Part shown: one piece after another, positions 26,201 through 38,817 of the stretch
How the letters are laid out: the number at the start of each line of letters is the position of its first letter
How positions within the stretch are numbered: the first letter of the stretch is position 1
Origin: Lama guanicoe
Lineage: Eukaryota
NCBI GenBank assembly: GCA_013239625.1
Contig: MU053504.1
Span: forward strand, 1,180,001-1,244,000
Direction: 5' to 3'
Length of the DNA: 64,000 nt
Program-made: the position numbers and the translations under genes
Notes under the pieces: generated by a model
The model's input: the letters and a program-made list of their open reading frames with translations, nothing else
Databases searched by the model: none
Told to the model about the DNA's origin: nothing

Positions 26201-27438
26201 TCAAAAATACACAGTCAAAAAAGGACAGTCTCTTCAATAAACAGTGTTGAAAAAACTGAACTGCCACATGCAAAAGAATGAAACTTACACCATAGACAAA
26301 AATTAACTCAAAATAGATTAAAGACTTGAACACAAGTCCTGAAAACATGAAATTCCTAGAAGGAAAAACATAGGTAACTTCCTCAATCTTAGCTATATTT
26401 TTGTAGATCTGACCCCAAAGGCAAAAGAAACAAAAGCAAAAATAAACATAAGGGACTACATCAAGCTAAAAAGCTTTTGCACACTGAAGAAAACCATCGT
26501 CAAAACAAAAAGCCAACCTACTGGATGAGAGTGGATATTTACAAATCACGTATCTGACAAGCAGTTAATATCCAAAACATGTAAAGAATTCACGCAATTT
26601 AACAACGGCAGCAAAACCCCACCAGATTTTTAAATGGGCAGAGGATCTAAATAGACATTTTTCCAAAGAAGACATACAGATGGCCAGCTGGTATACCAAA
26701 ATTACTAATTATTAAGGAAATTCAAATCACAACCACAATGAGATATCACTTCACACCTGTCAGAAAGGCTATCATCAAAAAGACAAGAAATGACAAGTGT
26801 TGGAGAGGACGCGGAGAAAGGGGAACTTTCGTACACTGTTGATGGAAATGTAAATTGGTGCAACCACTATGGAAAACAGTGTGAAGATTCCTCAAAAAGT
26901 AAAGACTAGAACTCATGCAATTCAGCCATTCCAAAGTATTTATCCAAAGAACAAAAACAATAATTTGAAGATATATGCACCTTTATGTTTATAGCAGCAT
27001 TATTTACAATAGCCAAGATATGGAAGCAACCTAAGTGTCCACTGAGGGATTAATGAATTAAGAATTAAGATGTGGTGTATGTATACACAGTGGAATACTA
27101 ATCAGCCATAAAAAAGAATGAAATCTTGCCATTTGCAACAACACTGGAATTATATTCAGTGAAGTAGGTCAGAACGTGAAAGACGAAAACCATATGATTT
27201 CACTCCTATGTGGAATCTAAAAAAAATGAACAAACAAAACAAAAACAAACTCATAGACACAGAGAACAGGTTGGTGGTTACAGAGGGGAAAGGGGTTGGG
27301 GTGGGCAAAGTGGGTGAAGGGGGTCAAGTGTATGGCGATGAATGGCAGCTGGATTTTTGGTGACGATCAGTTTGCAGTGATGTTGTACACCTGCAAGTTA
27401 TATAATGTTATACACCAATTTTACCTGAATAAAAAAAA
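23227..27438 (+). mobile_element. Decayed LINE-1 with 5' UTR, partial ORF1, internal deletion, ORF2 RT/C-terminal part and 3' UTR/poly(A)
   Basis: 5' end ggacagggttcaagatgg; ORF1-like DNTKQNNIHIIEVSEGEE; RT-like [17 protein letters not shown]...[19 protein letters not shown]; many stops and frameshifts; degenerate TSD aaagctgcatcacaa (23212-23226) / aaaattgcaccgcaa (27435-27449). Confidence 0.92.
25405..25580 (+). mobile_element. tRNA-derived SINE (camelid Vic-1-like) nested in the L1
   Basis: ggggggagggtatagctcaagaggtagagcgcatgcttagc...ggattcaatacc with A- and B-box-like motifs, A-rich tail, TSD gaagcaataaatga / ggagtaataaatga. Confidence 0.88.
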
Positions 27439-29264
27439 TTGCACCGCAAACCCACTGAGTGAGGACATTATTGGTTGTCCTAAAATAACGTGGCACTAGA
27501 ATCCATTCTGGTCACCAGAACCATCACTATTGCCCACAGAATGGAGTCCCCATTGTCCCTGCTTCTTCTTGCCACCAGCTCCCAGTTTAAAATTCCAGGC
27601 GAGAACATGCGCTTAGCTAAGCCTAAGTCATGTGACTTTGCCCTTGGTACAACACAGTCTAGGAATTTTGGACAAGATGTCTGGTCTGCAGCAGCCATCT
27701 TGCAGCTATGAAGCAACAAGCATGAAGAAGAAAAGCCAACATTCAAGGGTAGCCTAACAGAAAGCTTAAAAGGACTAGGTCCTGAAGGCACTGCTGAGCT
27801 GCTATACCAGTCTTGAGACTGTTGACTCCAGACATTTTATTAAATAAACAATAACTTTCCTTAGATTTAAAGCCACTGTTGTCAGAGATTTTATTACTTG
27901 CAGTAAAAGCATTTTCAACCTTTACAGAAGGGGATACATGCTCAAGTAATTTTTATCTAAGGTGACAGGTAGGATGTGCTCTAGCAGGTGGAGGGGGCAG
28001 AAGAGTAAGGTTTTTCAAACTTTTGTGTAAATTAGGATCAACTGGAATGATCACTAAAATGCAGATTCTCACAGCCCATCCTTCAAAATTGCTGGCTCAG
28101 AATCATGAGGCATATGCATTTTTATGGCATCCAGGTGCATATGATGGAGGCAGATAATCCTGCCAACAGAGGCACCTTGGTTTAGAGGAGCATCGGGAAA
28201 GGCAAACCTACGTCCGTCTTCTTACTCCTCCTCTCTGAGTCCCAACTTTTCATCTGTAAAACTAAATGCGACAATGAATTTCAAGTAGCTAACAGTACCT
28301 GGACTATAGAAACAATATAAATAAAATTATTTATTGTGCCAGACTGCCTGGGGATCCTGGCTCTGTCTCTCAACTGACTGTATGACTTTGGGCAAATTAC
28401 TTAACCTCTCTGTGCCTCGGTGTCTTCTTTTGTACAATGCAGATAGTTATGGTACCCACCTCATAGAGTTCTGATGATCAGCGACTTAAATATGTTGAGC
28501 ACTTAGAACAGTGGTTGGTGGGGAGTTAAGTGTTCAGTACAGGTCAGCTTCAATTATTACTGCCAGGGTGAGGCATTTGTCTCAGTCAAAGAGGTTACTC
28601 ACCCTTACTCCTGCCCCACAGCACCAGAGTTTGGGAGCTCCAGGGAGGACACAGTCATTCTGCCTGGAGGTCACTGGAAGAACTTTTGAAGGAAGCAAGA
28701 TCTGATTTCCCGTTTGGTCAGAAGTGGGTCTAATTAGGGCAGAGTCAGTGGCACCAAGGAAGGACCTAGCCTGAGGCTCAATTCAGAGCTCTGAGGGTTT
28801 GCCAGAGTAGAGCAGAGACCCCCTCCTCTCGGGAATCACAGGGATGGACCCTGAGAGCTGCAGCCTGGATATTAAAGAAATGGATGCTGAGAGCTAAGAA
28901 CTGATTGCAATCTTAAAAATAACCAACAGAGGGAGACCTAGACCGGAATCAGCTTCCAGAATTCAGCAGTGAGCCGACTCCAGACTCCAGGTGATTTCAG
29001 TGTGCGGTCAAGACGGAGAACCAACACCCTCAAGAGAGGGGAGCTTGATGTGACTGTATGTATTAACCCAGTATGAGAGGGGCAGGGAGAGGGGTAGAAC
29101 ACAGACGTGTATCAGACACTCCAAATTCTCTTGGCCTCACCTGTCACTTGTCCCAGTCGCTACTGCAGGAACTGACTCTGACATCTGACAAGACTTCCCC
29201 CTGTACCTCCACTTAAGATGTTCCCCTGCCCATGACTTTCCTTCTGATGCTAAGGACTCAGCTC

Positions 29265-29960
29265 AGCATCCACTGAACTGTACACTTAAAAATAGTTTAA
29301 ATGGTAAATTTTGTGTATATTTTACCACAATTATTAAAAACAGATCATTATTAAAAACAGTATCATAAAACAATAATTTTAAAACTATGTTGATCTGTTT
29401 ATAACGTATAAAGATGTAATTTGTAAAATAATAATTACACAAAAGATTATGGAGAAAATGGAACAATACTGGAGTAAAGTTTCTATATGCAATGCACACG
29501 GAGTTAAAATTAATTCAAATTAGATTGTTTTAAGTTAAGATGCTAATTGTTACCCCAGGGCAATCACTAAGAAAATAACTTTAAAATTATAGTGAAATAA
29601 ACAAGAAGGAAATTAAAATGGTAGACTAGAAAATGTCTACTTAACACAAAAGAAGTCAGCAACAGAGGAACAAAGACATAAGACAGAAACCAAATAGCAA
29701 AATGGCAGATGTAAATCCTGTCTTAATGGTAATTACATCCAATGTAAATGGGTTAAACTCTCCAATTATAAGGCAGAAGTTGACAGAATGGATTTTTTTT
29801 TTAAAAATGACCAATCAATATGCTGTCTATTTGAAGACACAAATATGTTGAAAGTAAAAAGATGAGAAAGCACACACCATGCAGACAGGAACCAAAAGAG
29901 AATGGAGACAAAACAGACTTTTAAGAAAAAATTTAGGGACAAATAATGCATATTCCTGGT
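29265..29960 (+). mobile_element. Old L1M fragments (3' end piece, then ORF1-ORF2 spacer and endonuclease start)
   Basis: aatgtaaatgggttaaactctccaatt...atatgctgtcta encodes the NVNGLNSP...ICCL motif of the L1 endonuclease. Confidence 0.7.
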
Positions 29961-30599
29961 ATAAGATCTTTGTAGACAAAGCCAAGAAATACACATACTT
30001 ACCTTCACTCCAGAAAGTTCTCCTGAGCGTTTAAGAATCATTGGTGAATATAGTAGACCCATGGAGGATTTAATTTGGCCTATACTTTGTTTTAAAAGTG
30101 TTTAAATTTATTGCTGACATTTAACCATCAGGAGACTGACATTTCATTCAAACTTGCTGCTTCTCTTGGAAAGCCTGGCTGTACTGGTCTGCATTTCGGC
30201 TTAATAAACATTGGCTTCCACTGACATAAGTTTCCTTTTTCAAAAGGTCTGTTGTCCAGTTCCCCATAGTTCCCACCTGGAAGAGACGGGGAGCTTGGTC
30301 AGGCCAACATTCCCCTCCGCCCTCACTGTCCACTCTGATTTCATAGATGAGGAAACAGCCCTAGCGAGGCGAGAGACTGGCCAAGGGTCACACAGGGAGG
30401 CTTAGGCAGCAACAGCTCTACTCCTGCCTAGCACCACCCCCCACAGAACTAGCCACACCACAGAGAAGCAGAAGCCCTGCCTTTGGACTCTTACCCTCCA
30501 GGGTGAGCTGATGTGGGCGCCTCCTTCACCCTTCCCTGCTACCCAGGGTCTGCAGGTTCTTTCTTCCCTGTAAAAACCATTTTAGGAGACCCCAGCAAT

Positions 30600-31770
30600 G
30601 ACAGGAACAGAGTGAGTTGTATGGCCAACAGCAAGTCAAGAAGGGTACTGTCAGGGGTATTTGCATCTTAACAGAGACCCAGTGTGAGTCAAATGAGTGA
30701 CTGCGATTTTAACGCTGGAGATTCAGGCGCCTGATAGGGAATTGGAGCTGTACATTCATACATATGTTCATGTGTTGAGGAGGGGGACACCCAGCGAATC
30801 TTCCCACTAATGCTGAAATTGAGATCAAACCATAAAGAGAAGTGTCTTTTAAGTGATTTCAACTGCAAGACCCTTTCTTCAAATCAAAGAACTAATGGGA
30901 CGTAAGTCAGGGAAGTTCCATGATTTGGTGGGAGTGGGGGCCCGGGCTGGGTTCAGTCCACTCCCTCTTGGAGTAGACACTCGTGGTGGTGATGGAGCGG
31001 GCCTTCATCTCAGCAGAGCCGGGGCAGAATCCCGTCGCCATTGCCAGAGTCTCACAGCCTGGCCTCGGCATGTCTCTGCTCTGCTTTGAGATAGACCTCA
31101 GAAGGCTGCTCAGCCGTGTGCAGGCACGTTCCAGAAGTGTGGCAGCTAACACCTCTGGAGGTGACCCACTACCAGTGGAGACTGGACTCAGCCCTGTCAT
31201 CTTTTTGGAGGGACGGGCCTAAGGTGTATTCCATACAGTTCTTCAGAGAGCGCCCTGCAGGACTGAGCCCCAGTTTCTCATAGTAATTGCCTCGATCATA
31301 GACTGGATCGCTCATAAACAACAGAAATTTATTTCTCCCAGTTCTGAAAGGAGGCTGGAAGTCTGAGAACAGGACGAGGTTCTAGCAAGGGCCCTCTTCG
31401 GGTTGCAGATTATTGGACTTCTCACTGTATCCTCATCCTGTATCCTCACACGGCAGAGTGAGGGAGCTCTCTTGGGCCTCTTTTATAATCCCATCCATGA
31501 GGGCAGAGCCCTCCCAGAGGCCAGAAACCCCACCTGCTAATAGCATCACATCAGGGACTTGGATTTCAACATACGAATTTGGGGTGGGACACAAACTGTC
31601 AGTTCATAACAGTAACCCACTTATTAACACACTCTTCATTGGCGTTCCTCCCTTCTGTGTCACTCTTAATGCTCCTCCACTTCTGCCTCCTTGGATCACC
31701 ACGTAAGTCAACTATAGGCACCCAAGCCCTTGCCTTAGGTTCTGCTTTTGGGGGAATCCAAACTAAGACA
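30600..31770. mobile_element. ERVL LTR16-like LTR with a nested MLT1A/B-like piece (~31300-31610)
   Basis: Ends ggttctgcttttgggggaatccaaactaagaca; nested taaacaacagaaatttatttctcccagttctg...ggatttcaacatacgaatttgggg. Confidence 0.5.
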
Positions 31771-32591
31771 CCCCTCACCACTGCTCCCACATGCCTCCCC
31801 AGATATTTGCCAGCCCCTCCAAGTGGGTGACGACCACTGCCCTCAGCATGTCTAGGCCCCGAGCTTCTTGACCTCTGGGCCTTGCCCCCTTCACCTTGCC
31901 CCCTTCACCTCTAAGAAGTCATCTGGACGCAGGAAAAAGTAGCCAAAAGGCAAAGATTGATGTTATTGACTTTATATGTTTAAAATTCTTTGTGTAACAT
32001 GACAACACCATTAAAAGGCCTTGGTGAGTTGAAGTGGGAGTTGAGGGACCGAAGTCAAGGAGGGAGAGCTTCTGGACGGGATTAGAGGACAGAAAATGAG
32101 GCCATTGGAGCAGACGGGGGGGGAGATAAAAATGATGGGTTTGGACATGTGGTTTTGGTGCTTGGGGGATACCCTGGTGGAGTTTCCAGGAGACACTGAT
32201 GAATTCTCAGTGGAACTGAATTCATCAATGTTTCTGGAACTCAAGAGATAGAGATTTGAAAGACATCAAAATGAATAAGTGATATTCAAAGTCATGGGCA
32301 TGGATGAGATCACTCAAGGTGAATGTTTAGGACAGAAAAGAAGCTAAATAAACACAGTGATTTCTGAAGGGTGGGGTTTTAGTGGCACTGGAAAAAAGGA
32401 ACTACCATTTTAACTCTATACACATGTCAGCTGTATTATTGCAAACATTACTTGTATTTATTTTTTGTGTTTGTATTTATTTGTACTACATTATTATAAA
32501 TAATTCAGTGTATTATTACAGATAATATTGTAAGATATTACAAAAGTGTAAGATATTGTGTTATCAACTATAGCCACCGTGTTTTCATGTT

Positions 32592-32678
32592 GTTCTTTTT
32601 TAAATGGAGGTACTGGGAATCAAACGAAGTACCTCGTGCATGATCAGCACGCACTCTAGCCACTGAGCCATACCCCAG
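32592..32678 (-). mobile_element. Second tRNA-derived SINE (Vic-1-like, short form) inserted in an old L1 3' fragment
   Basis: Reverse complement reads ggggtatggctcagtggctagagtgcgtgc...gcacgaggtac...gattcccagtacctccatttaaaaaa; approximate TSD ccgtgttttcatgtt / ccatgttttatgtt. Confidence 0.8.
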
Positions 32679-33276
32679 CCATGTTTTATGTTACAGCCTC
32701 CAACCTTATTCATCTTACAGCTGAAAATTTGTATCCTTTTACCAGTCTCTACCTGTTTCCCCCACCCCCCAGCCCCTGGCAACCACTTTTCTACTTCCTA
32801 TGAGAGTGATTTTTTTAAAATATACTTTTATTTGTTGTTTTATACATATCTATCTGCAGGAGTTGAGAGTGAAAGAAGAGAACCAACGACAGGGTTGTGG
32901 AGACGCCCACGTTGTACCTGCTGGATGCTCCGGACATCCCCGCGGCCCCAGCTCAACAAGCAGGTATGTTCCATCCTCCTGACATTAACTGTGCCAGGAC
33001 TGCCCAGCACCCAGACATTGCCTGCCTGCCACAGGGTTTACTCAAGGGAGGCAAAGAGGGCTTATTTGTTCTATGTAGTCACATCCTGAGAGCTGCAGGA
33101 GAGGTTGGTGTGGTTATAAACGAGCCACTCTTTTGTAATAGGATCTTTACAGTGATGGAATTGTTCTGTGTCTTGGCTTTGGTGGTGGACACACAAACCT
33201 ACATGTGATAAAAATTTGCATAAAACTAGATATGCACACAGACTCAGTATATGATTATATTCAACAGGGGTTTTTT

Positions 33277-33870
33277 AATTGACATGAAATTCACATAGCA
33301 TAAAATGAATCACTTTAAAGTGAACAATTCAGTGGCATTTAGCACGTTCACAATATTGTGCAACCACCACCTTCGCATTGTGCTAAGACATTTTCATCAC
33401 CCAAAATGAGAACCCCATACCCATTAAGCAGTCACTCCCCAATTCCCCTCCCCTCCACCCTTGGCAATCCTCAACCAGCTGTCTGTCTGGCTTTACCTAT
33501 TCTGGACATCTCACATAAAAGGAGTCATACATTATATGACCTTTTGTGTCTGGCTTCTCTCCCTTGGCATAATGTTTTCAAAGTTCACCCATACTGTATA
33601 GCATGTATTGGTGCTCCATTCCTTTTTATGACTGAATAATATTCCATTGTGTGCACAGCCCACCATTTGATTATCCCTTCATCCACTGATGAACATTTAG
33701 GTTATTTCTTCTTTTGTCATTATGAATCATGCTGCCGTTAATGCAGCGTGCAATGTACCTGTCTGAGCACCTGTTCTCAATTCTTTTGAATATATACCTA
33801 AGGGTAAAATTGTGGGGTCAGATGGTAATTTGATGAACTTTTTCAGGAGCTGCCAAACTGTTTTCTGTGG
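33277..33870 (-). mobile_element. L1M (L1MB-like) 3' end
   Basis: aagtgaacaattcagtggcatttagcacgttcacaatattgtgcaacc...aataatattccattgt. Confidence 0.75.
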
Positions 33871-34419
33871 GTGTTGTTTTAAGCCACTAAATTTGTGGCA
33901 ATTTACCATGAAAATCACAAAACAAATACACCTCTCTTTCACTTGCAGTTTTAAAAAATGGCATTCGTGTCTCCAAATAACGTCCCTTGAATAATTTAAT
34001 TGCTGCTTCTTTGCTTCTCAGAAATATAGTGACAATTGTTCAGTGACTTCCCACCATGGAAAATGAGGGTTAAGTCCTTTTAATTCCCACCACCATCACC
34101 TGAGGGCTGCCTTCCGTCCTCATCCTCCCAATAGACAATGTTATAATTTTGGTTAGATTACCATGTGGTGCTTACACTATTATAACGTCCATGTTTACTT
34201 TTCTTCTCCTGCACAAGATTTTGTTTCCCCTAGAGTTAATGATTTAAAGTCTAAGCTTTATCTTTGCTTCATTTTTTTATGGACATATTACTATTTCAAA
34301 AACCAAACACTCTGCCAATTGTTGAAATAGCTGCTCAGGATTTCTAGACACGGCAGCTGTTCCATCCACTTGAACACACTGAGGAAGTTTCTTTCCCAGC
34401 CTACTGACCTCTGTATCCT

Positions 34420-35690
34420 GGTTTCATGTCCGACATTAATTGAGGGAAATTCTCATTAATTATTACTTCAAATATTTCTTCTGCTCCTTTTCCTCTGTCT
34501 TGTACCCTGATGTTTCCATTATGCATATGTTACACATTTTGTAGGTGTTCCATAATTCTTGGATATTTTGGGGCGTTTTCACTCTTTTTTCTCTTTGCTT
34601 TTGCATTTTTGAAGTGTCTTTTGACATAACCTCAACCTCACAGATTCTTTCCTGAGCCATGTCTGATCTATTAATGAGCCCTCAAAGACGTTCTTCATTT
34701 CTGTCATAGTGTTTCTAACATTTCTTTTTTAATTCTTTCTTAGGATTTCCACCTCTCTGCTTACATTACCCATCTGTTCTTGATATTGTCTACACTTTCC
34801 ATTATGGACCTTAGCATATTAATCATAGTTATTTTAAATTCCCAGTCTGATAACTCCAACATCTTTGTCATAGCTGAGTCTGGTTATGATGTTTGCTCTC
34901 TCTTCAAACTGCGTTTTTGCCTTTTAGTATGCCTTGTAATTTTTTGTTGAAAGCTGGACTGGGTAGAAGAAACTCTGGTTAGACCTTTAGTGATATGGTG
35001 GTAAGGTGTAGGGGAGGGGAAACATTCAATAGTCCTTTGATTAGATCTCAGTCTTTTAGTGAGCCTGCATCTCTAGGCTGTGACCTTCAAAAGCATGTTT
35101 CAGTCTGTCCCCCGCCCCTTTGTGGGGTCAGAATGGCTAGGGTGGGCTAGAGGTGGGTATTTCCCTTGCCCTAGAGCAGTTAGGTTCTTTTTAAACCTTG
35201 GTAGTTTATGATTTGGTAAAAGAGTTTCTCTTAAGGGCAAATCTTGTTAAGAACAAAATGCTGAGGTGTGTTTCCAAATGGTCCCTTGTCCTCTCCCCCT
35301 GTCTGAAGTGTGAGGGGAATTTCCTCCAATATTCACCGTGAGAACCTGGCGGGGCTTCTGGGTGGAACTCACAGAATTGCATGGTCCCCTCTATGACAGA
35401 GCCCCAGGAGCTGTTATCTCTCTGTCTCATCCACACTGAGCCTCCGGCAATTCATCAATCACGGTTTAGGTTTGCCCATCCCCAGTAAGTTGTGATTCTC
35501 TGTGTCTGTTTGTTCTGTCTCTCAAACTTTGTTGGGGGTGGCAGAGGGTGATGGTAGCGGTTTGCCCTGTAACCTCACTTCTCTAACTGATCTAAGAAGA
35601 GTTGTTAATTTTCAGTTGTTTACTTTTTGTGAGGACATCATGAGTGCTTTCAAACTCCTTTCATGCTGGACCGGGAACCAGAAGTCATCC
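34420..35690 (-). mobile_element. L1M ORF1/5' fragment
   Basis: Minus-strand ORF with ORF1-like QNIQELWNTYKMCNICIM...EEKEQ. Confidence 0.7.
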
Positions 35691-36020
35691 TCCACTGGCC
35701 CTTTCAGCATCTCCACTTCCCCGGGACATGTGGGAACATCTGATCCCTGCCTGATACATAAAATAGGGCTGCTTCAGGCCCACCTCTCAGGCCTCCTCTT
35801 TCCGCAGCTGCTGTTTTTCAGCAGAAAAGGAGTTTACTAAAAGGATAAGGAGGACCCACAGAAACATCTGAAGCACTCAGCTTCCAGGAATAATATCTGG
35901 AACCTCATAACCAGCCTCACAAGAAGAAACAGTAACTGCAAGTGATGATCCTGCCCCTGCCCTGCCAATAGCACCTCTGGGGCAGGAACTCATCCTTGTA
36001 GTGTCTGGAAAAGCATAATC

Positions 36021-36098
36021 ACCATAGAAGCTGGTCCCTGCCACCACCTACACCAGCAAACCATAGAAGCTGGTCCCTGCCACCACCTACGCCAGCAA
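36021..36098. repeat. 39-bp tandem duplication (2 copies, 1 mismatch)
   Basis: accatagaagctggtccctgccaccacctac(a/g)ccagcaa twice. Confidence 0.95.
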
Positions 36099-38301
36099 AC
36101 ACAGGTTGTGCAAGGAGTTAGTGTCATCAGATTGCACACTTCTGAGCTAGAGTCTGGGTGTGATTTAATGAGTGTAGGTCTCAAGCCTGTATCCTAGCTG
36201 CAAAGGAGTCTGGGCTTTGAATTTTCTGTGCTCTACCTTTGGATATTGGGACTCTTAGGGCTGACAATTCACAAAATTAGCAAGGGCATCTGGCAGCTAG
36301 ACCAGATGCCACTACATGAAGCAAAAACCCTTTTTCATTTTTTATGGAAATTTTCAAACATACAGTAAAGTTAAAAGAATTATATATATAGTGAGTGCCA
36401 TATACCCACCCACTAGATTCTACCATTAACATTTTACTATACTTGTTTTAGCACACATCCATCCATCTCATTTTTTTGACTCATTTCAAAGTAAATTGTA
36501 CACTTCTCTCCAAATACTTCAGTACATCTGTCATTAACTAGAGTTTGAAATTTGCTTATAGCTTTTATTTCTTGGTTATTAAACTCACATACAACAAAAT
36601 ATACAAATCTTAAGTGCGTATCTATTGAAGTTTAACAAATGCCTATGCAACCAACACCCCAATCAACTGTCCCAATCAGACTATCATTCCAGAAAGTTCC
36701 TTCATGACCTTCCAAGTCAATCCCTATGCCCAACTCACCCCTAAAGGCAACCACTGCTCTCATCTTTTCCCACCATATGTTAATTGGCAAAATCTTTTTA
36801 ATTTTGGCCCCTCAAAGTAGGACTTGCCAACCAAAACTTCCCCACCTACCCTCCTGCCTCTCTGGGAATTTGGTCCAGAGAAGTATGGTCAGGTGGAGAA
36901 ATTTGCTTGCTTCTCCCCCTTTGATCTTCCTTCTCTCTCCAGCAGAGACGGCTTCCTTCACTTCCCAGATGGAAAGGACTGTTCTTAAATGGTATATCTA
37001 GAGATCTCTGGCCTTGGCTTATAGTAGTCTCGAGAGTCAAATCCAACAGGGCCAGCTCCTGACTGTTAATGGAACTTTAGGGTTTACTAAGCCCTTTTTT
37101 GGCAAAGCCTTGCTTTGAAGATCATTGCCTTGTGAAGGACAAAACAAGTAGTAACCAAGACAAGCAATCAGGCAGCCAAGGCTGGATGATAGCCCTTTGT
37201 TCTTGTCCCCCTCCATCCTTGGCTTTGGAGGGAGGAGAGTCCCAGGACAACCTAATTTACAAGAAATACAGTTGACAATACTTCAAAACGCCATCTCCAT
37301 TACCGAATGAGTGAACCAATGTGACCCAAGAGGAAGCTCTAGCATCAGTTGCTATCTGGACACTGATGTCTCTGCAGATTCCACAGGGATTTGCCCTTTG
37401 GTGGGAACAAAGAAGTATTTATTCAATGAATTTGGAAGGAAGGGAAAAATGAATGTAGAAGTGGATGAGTAGATCGTGAGCACACAAAGCAAGAACACAG
37501 TAAGCTCTGAACGCTTCATACCGTCATAGCAGCCTCTAGGTCCCAATGATGTTAGACAGATGGGCTGATGGATGAAGAGGGCAACACCTGGACACTGAGG
37601 GCCAGATGTGTCCACCTCTAACCTCCTGGCTTGCCCTGCAGCTCTGGCCCACATGCAGTGGGCAAAAACCAGGTCAGCTGATGATGGTCAAAGAGCAACT
37701 TGCCTCTTGGCTGGGCAAGCACCTCCCTCCCAGAGTTTGAACTCTGGCCGTCTCTGTCACCATGGTTATTACTCTCAGGACGAGGTGATGTAGCGATGAG
37801 TTAGAGCTTCACCATCTTTTATTAGGTGCTTGATGACTTCGCCCAGTGATGGGAGGGGAACAGAATCAGCTTCCATTTTACAGCCCGAGTCAGCAGAGCC
37901 CCAGAAAGGGGAAGGGATGAACTGCCACCAGACCAGTCCAGGGCAAGCTCTGATGGGTCCCTCCGATTCATTGTCCTATGAGGATAAATTCCCAAGACAG
38001 TGTAGGCAATTCCTGTCCTAAGTACCCAGGGGATCATAGGTCCAGCTGGCGGCTCAGACCTTGGGATTTACTCCTGGGCAGCACCAGGTCTGCATTTGCT
38101 GGAGCTGCCAGACTCTGGAAATGAGGGTTCCAAGCACCCGAGGACCCTGTGGGCCCCACTCTGCGGAGCACAGCTGCCCCTGGATTCTTCTGGCCTACGG
38201 TGTCAACTTTACTTGAGGCCCCTCTTCTGTGATTTAGGTCAGCTTGTGGTTTTCTCTTGAGGGGCAGAACTGAAATCCTAGAGCGGAAGCATATTCTAGA
38301 T

Positions 38302-38817
38302 CAACAGCTCTCAAACATTATGGTCTCCAGACCTTTTTACACTCTTAAAAATTATTGAGAATCCCAGAGAAGTCTTGTTTTGTGTGGGTTATATTTCTTG
38401 ATAGTTACCAATTTAGAAATTAACACTGAGAAACTTACAAAATGTTGATTCATTAACTCATGTAAAAACAAATAAACCCATTGCATCTTAACACAAATAA
38501 CAAAACAAACAAACAAAATCCCATATTTTCCAAAACAAAAAATAATATTAGTAGGAGTAGCATTATTTTACTCTTTTTTTTTCTGGCAAATCTCTTTAAC
38601 TAAATAGAAGGCTGTATTCTCATACTGTATTTACATTCATTTTTTTCCAACTTTTTGCAATATCATGTAGCCTCTGGAAAATTCCACTATACACTCATGA
38701 CGGAGAGTGAAATAAGCCAAAAAAAAAACCTGTAATAATATTATGAAAATAGCTTTAACTTCACAGAGCCCCCAGAAGCGTCTTGGGGACCCTGGACTTC
38801 CCTTTAAGAACAGCTGC
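38302..38817. mobile_element. hAT-Charlie1-like DNA transposon remnant, followed by a MER5A-like piece (~38830-38975)
   Basis: cagctctcaaacattatggtctccagacctttttacactcttaaaaattattgag resembles the Charlie1 terminus; ends ctttaagaacagctg. Confidence 0.7.
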
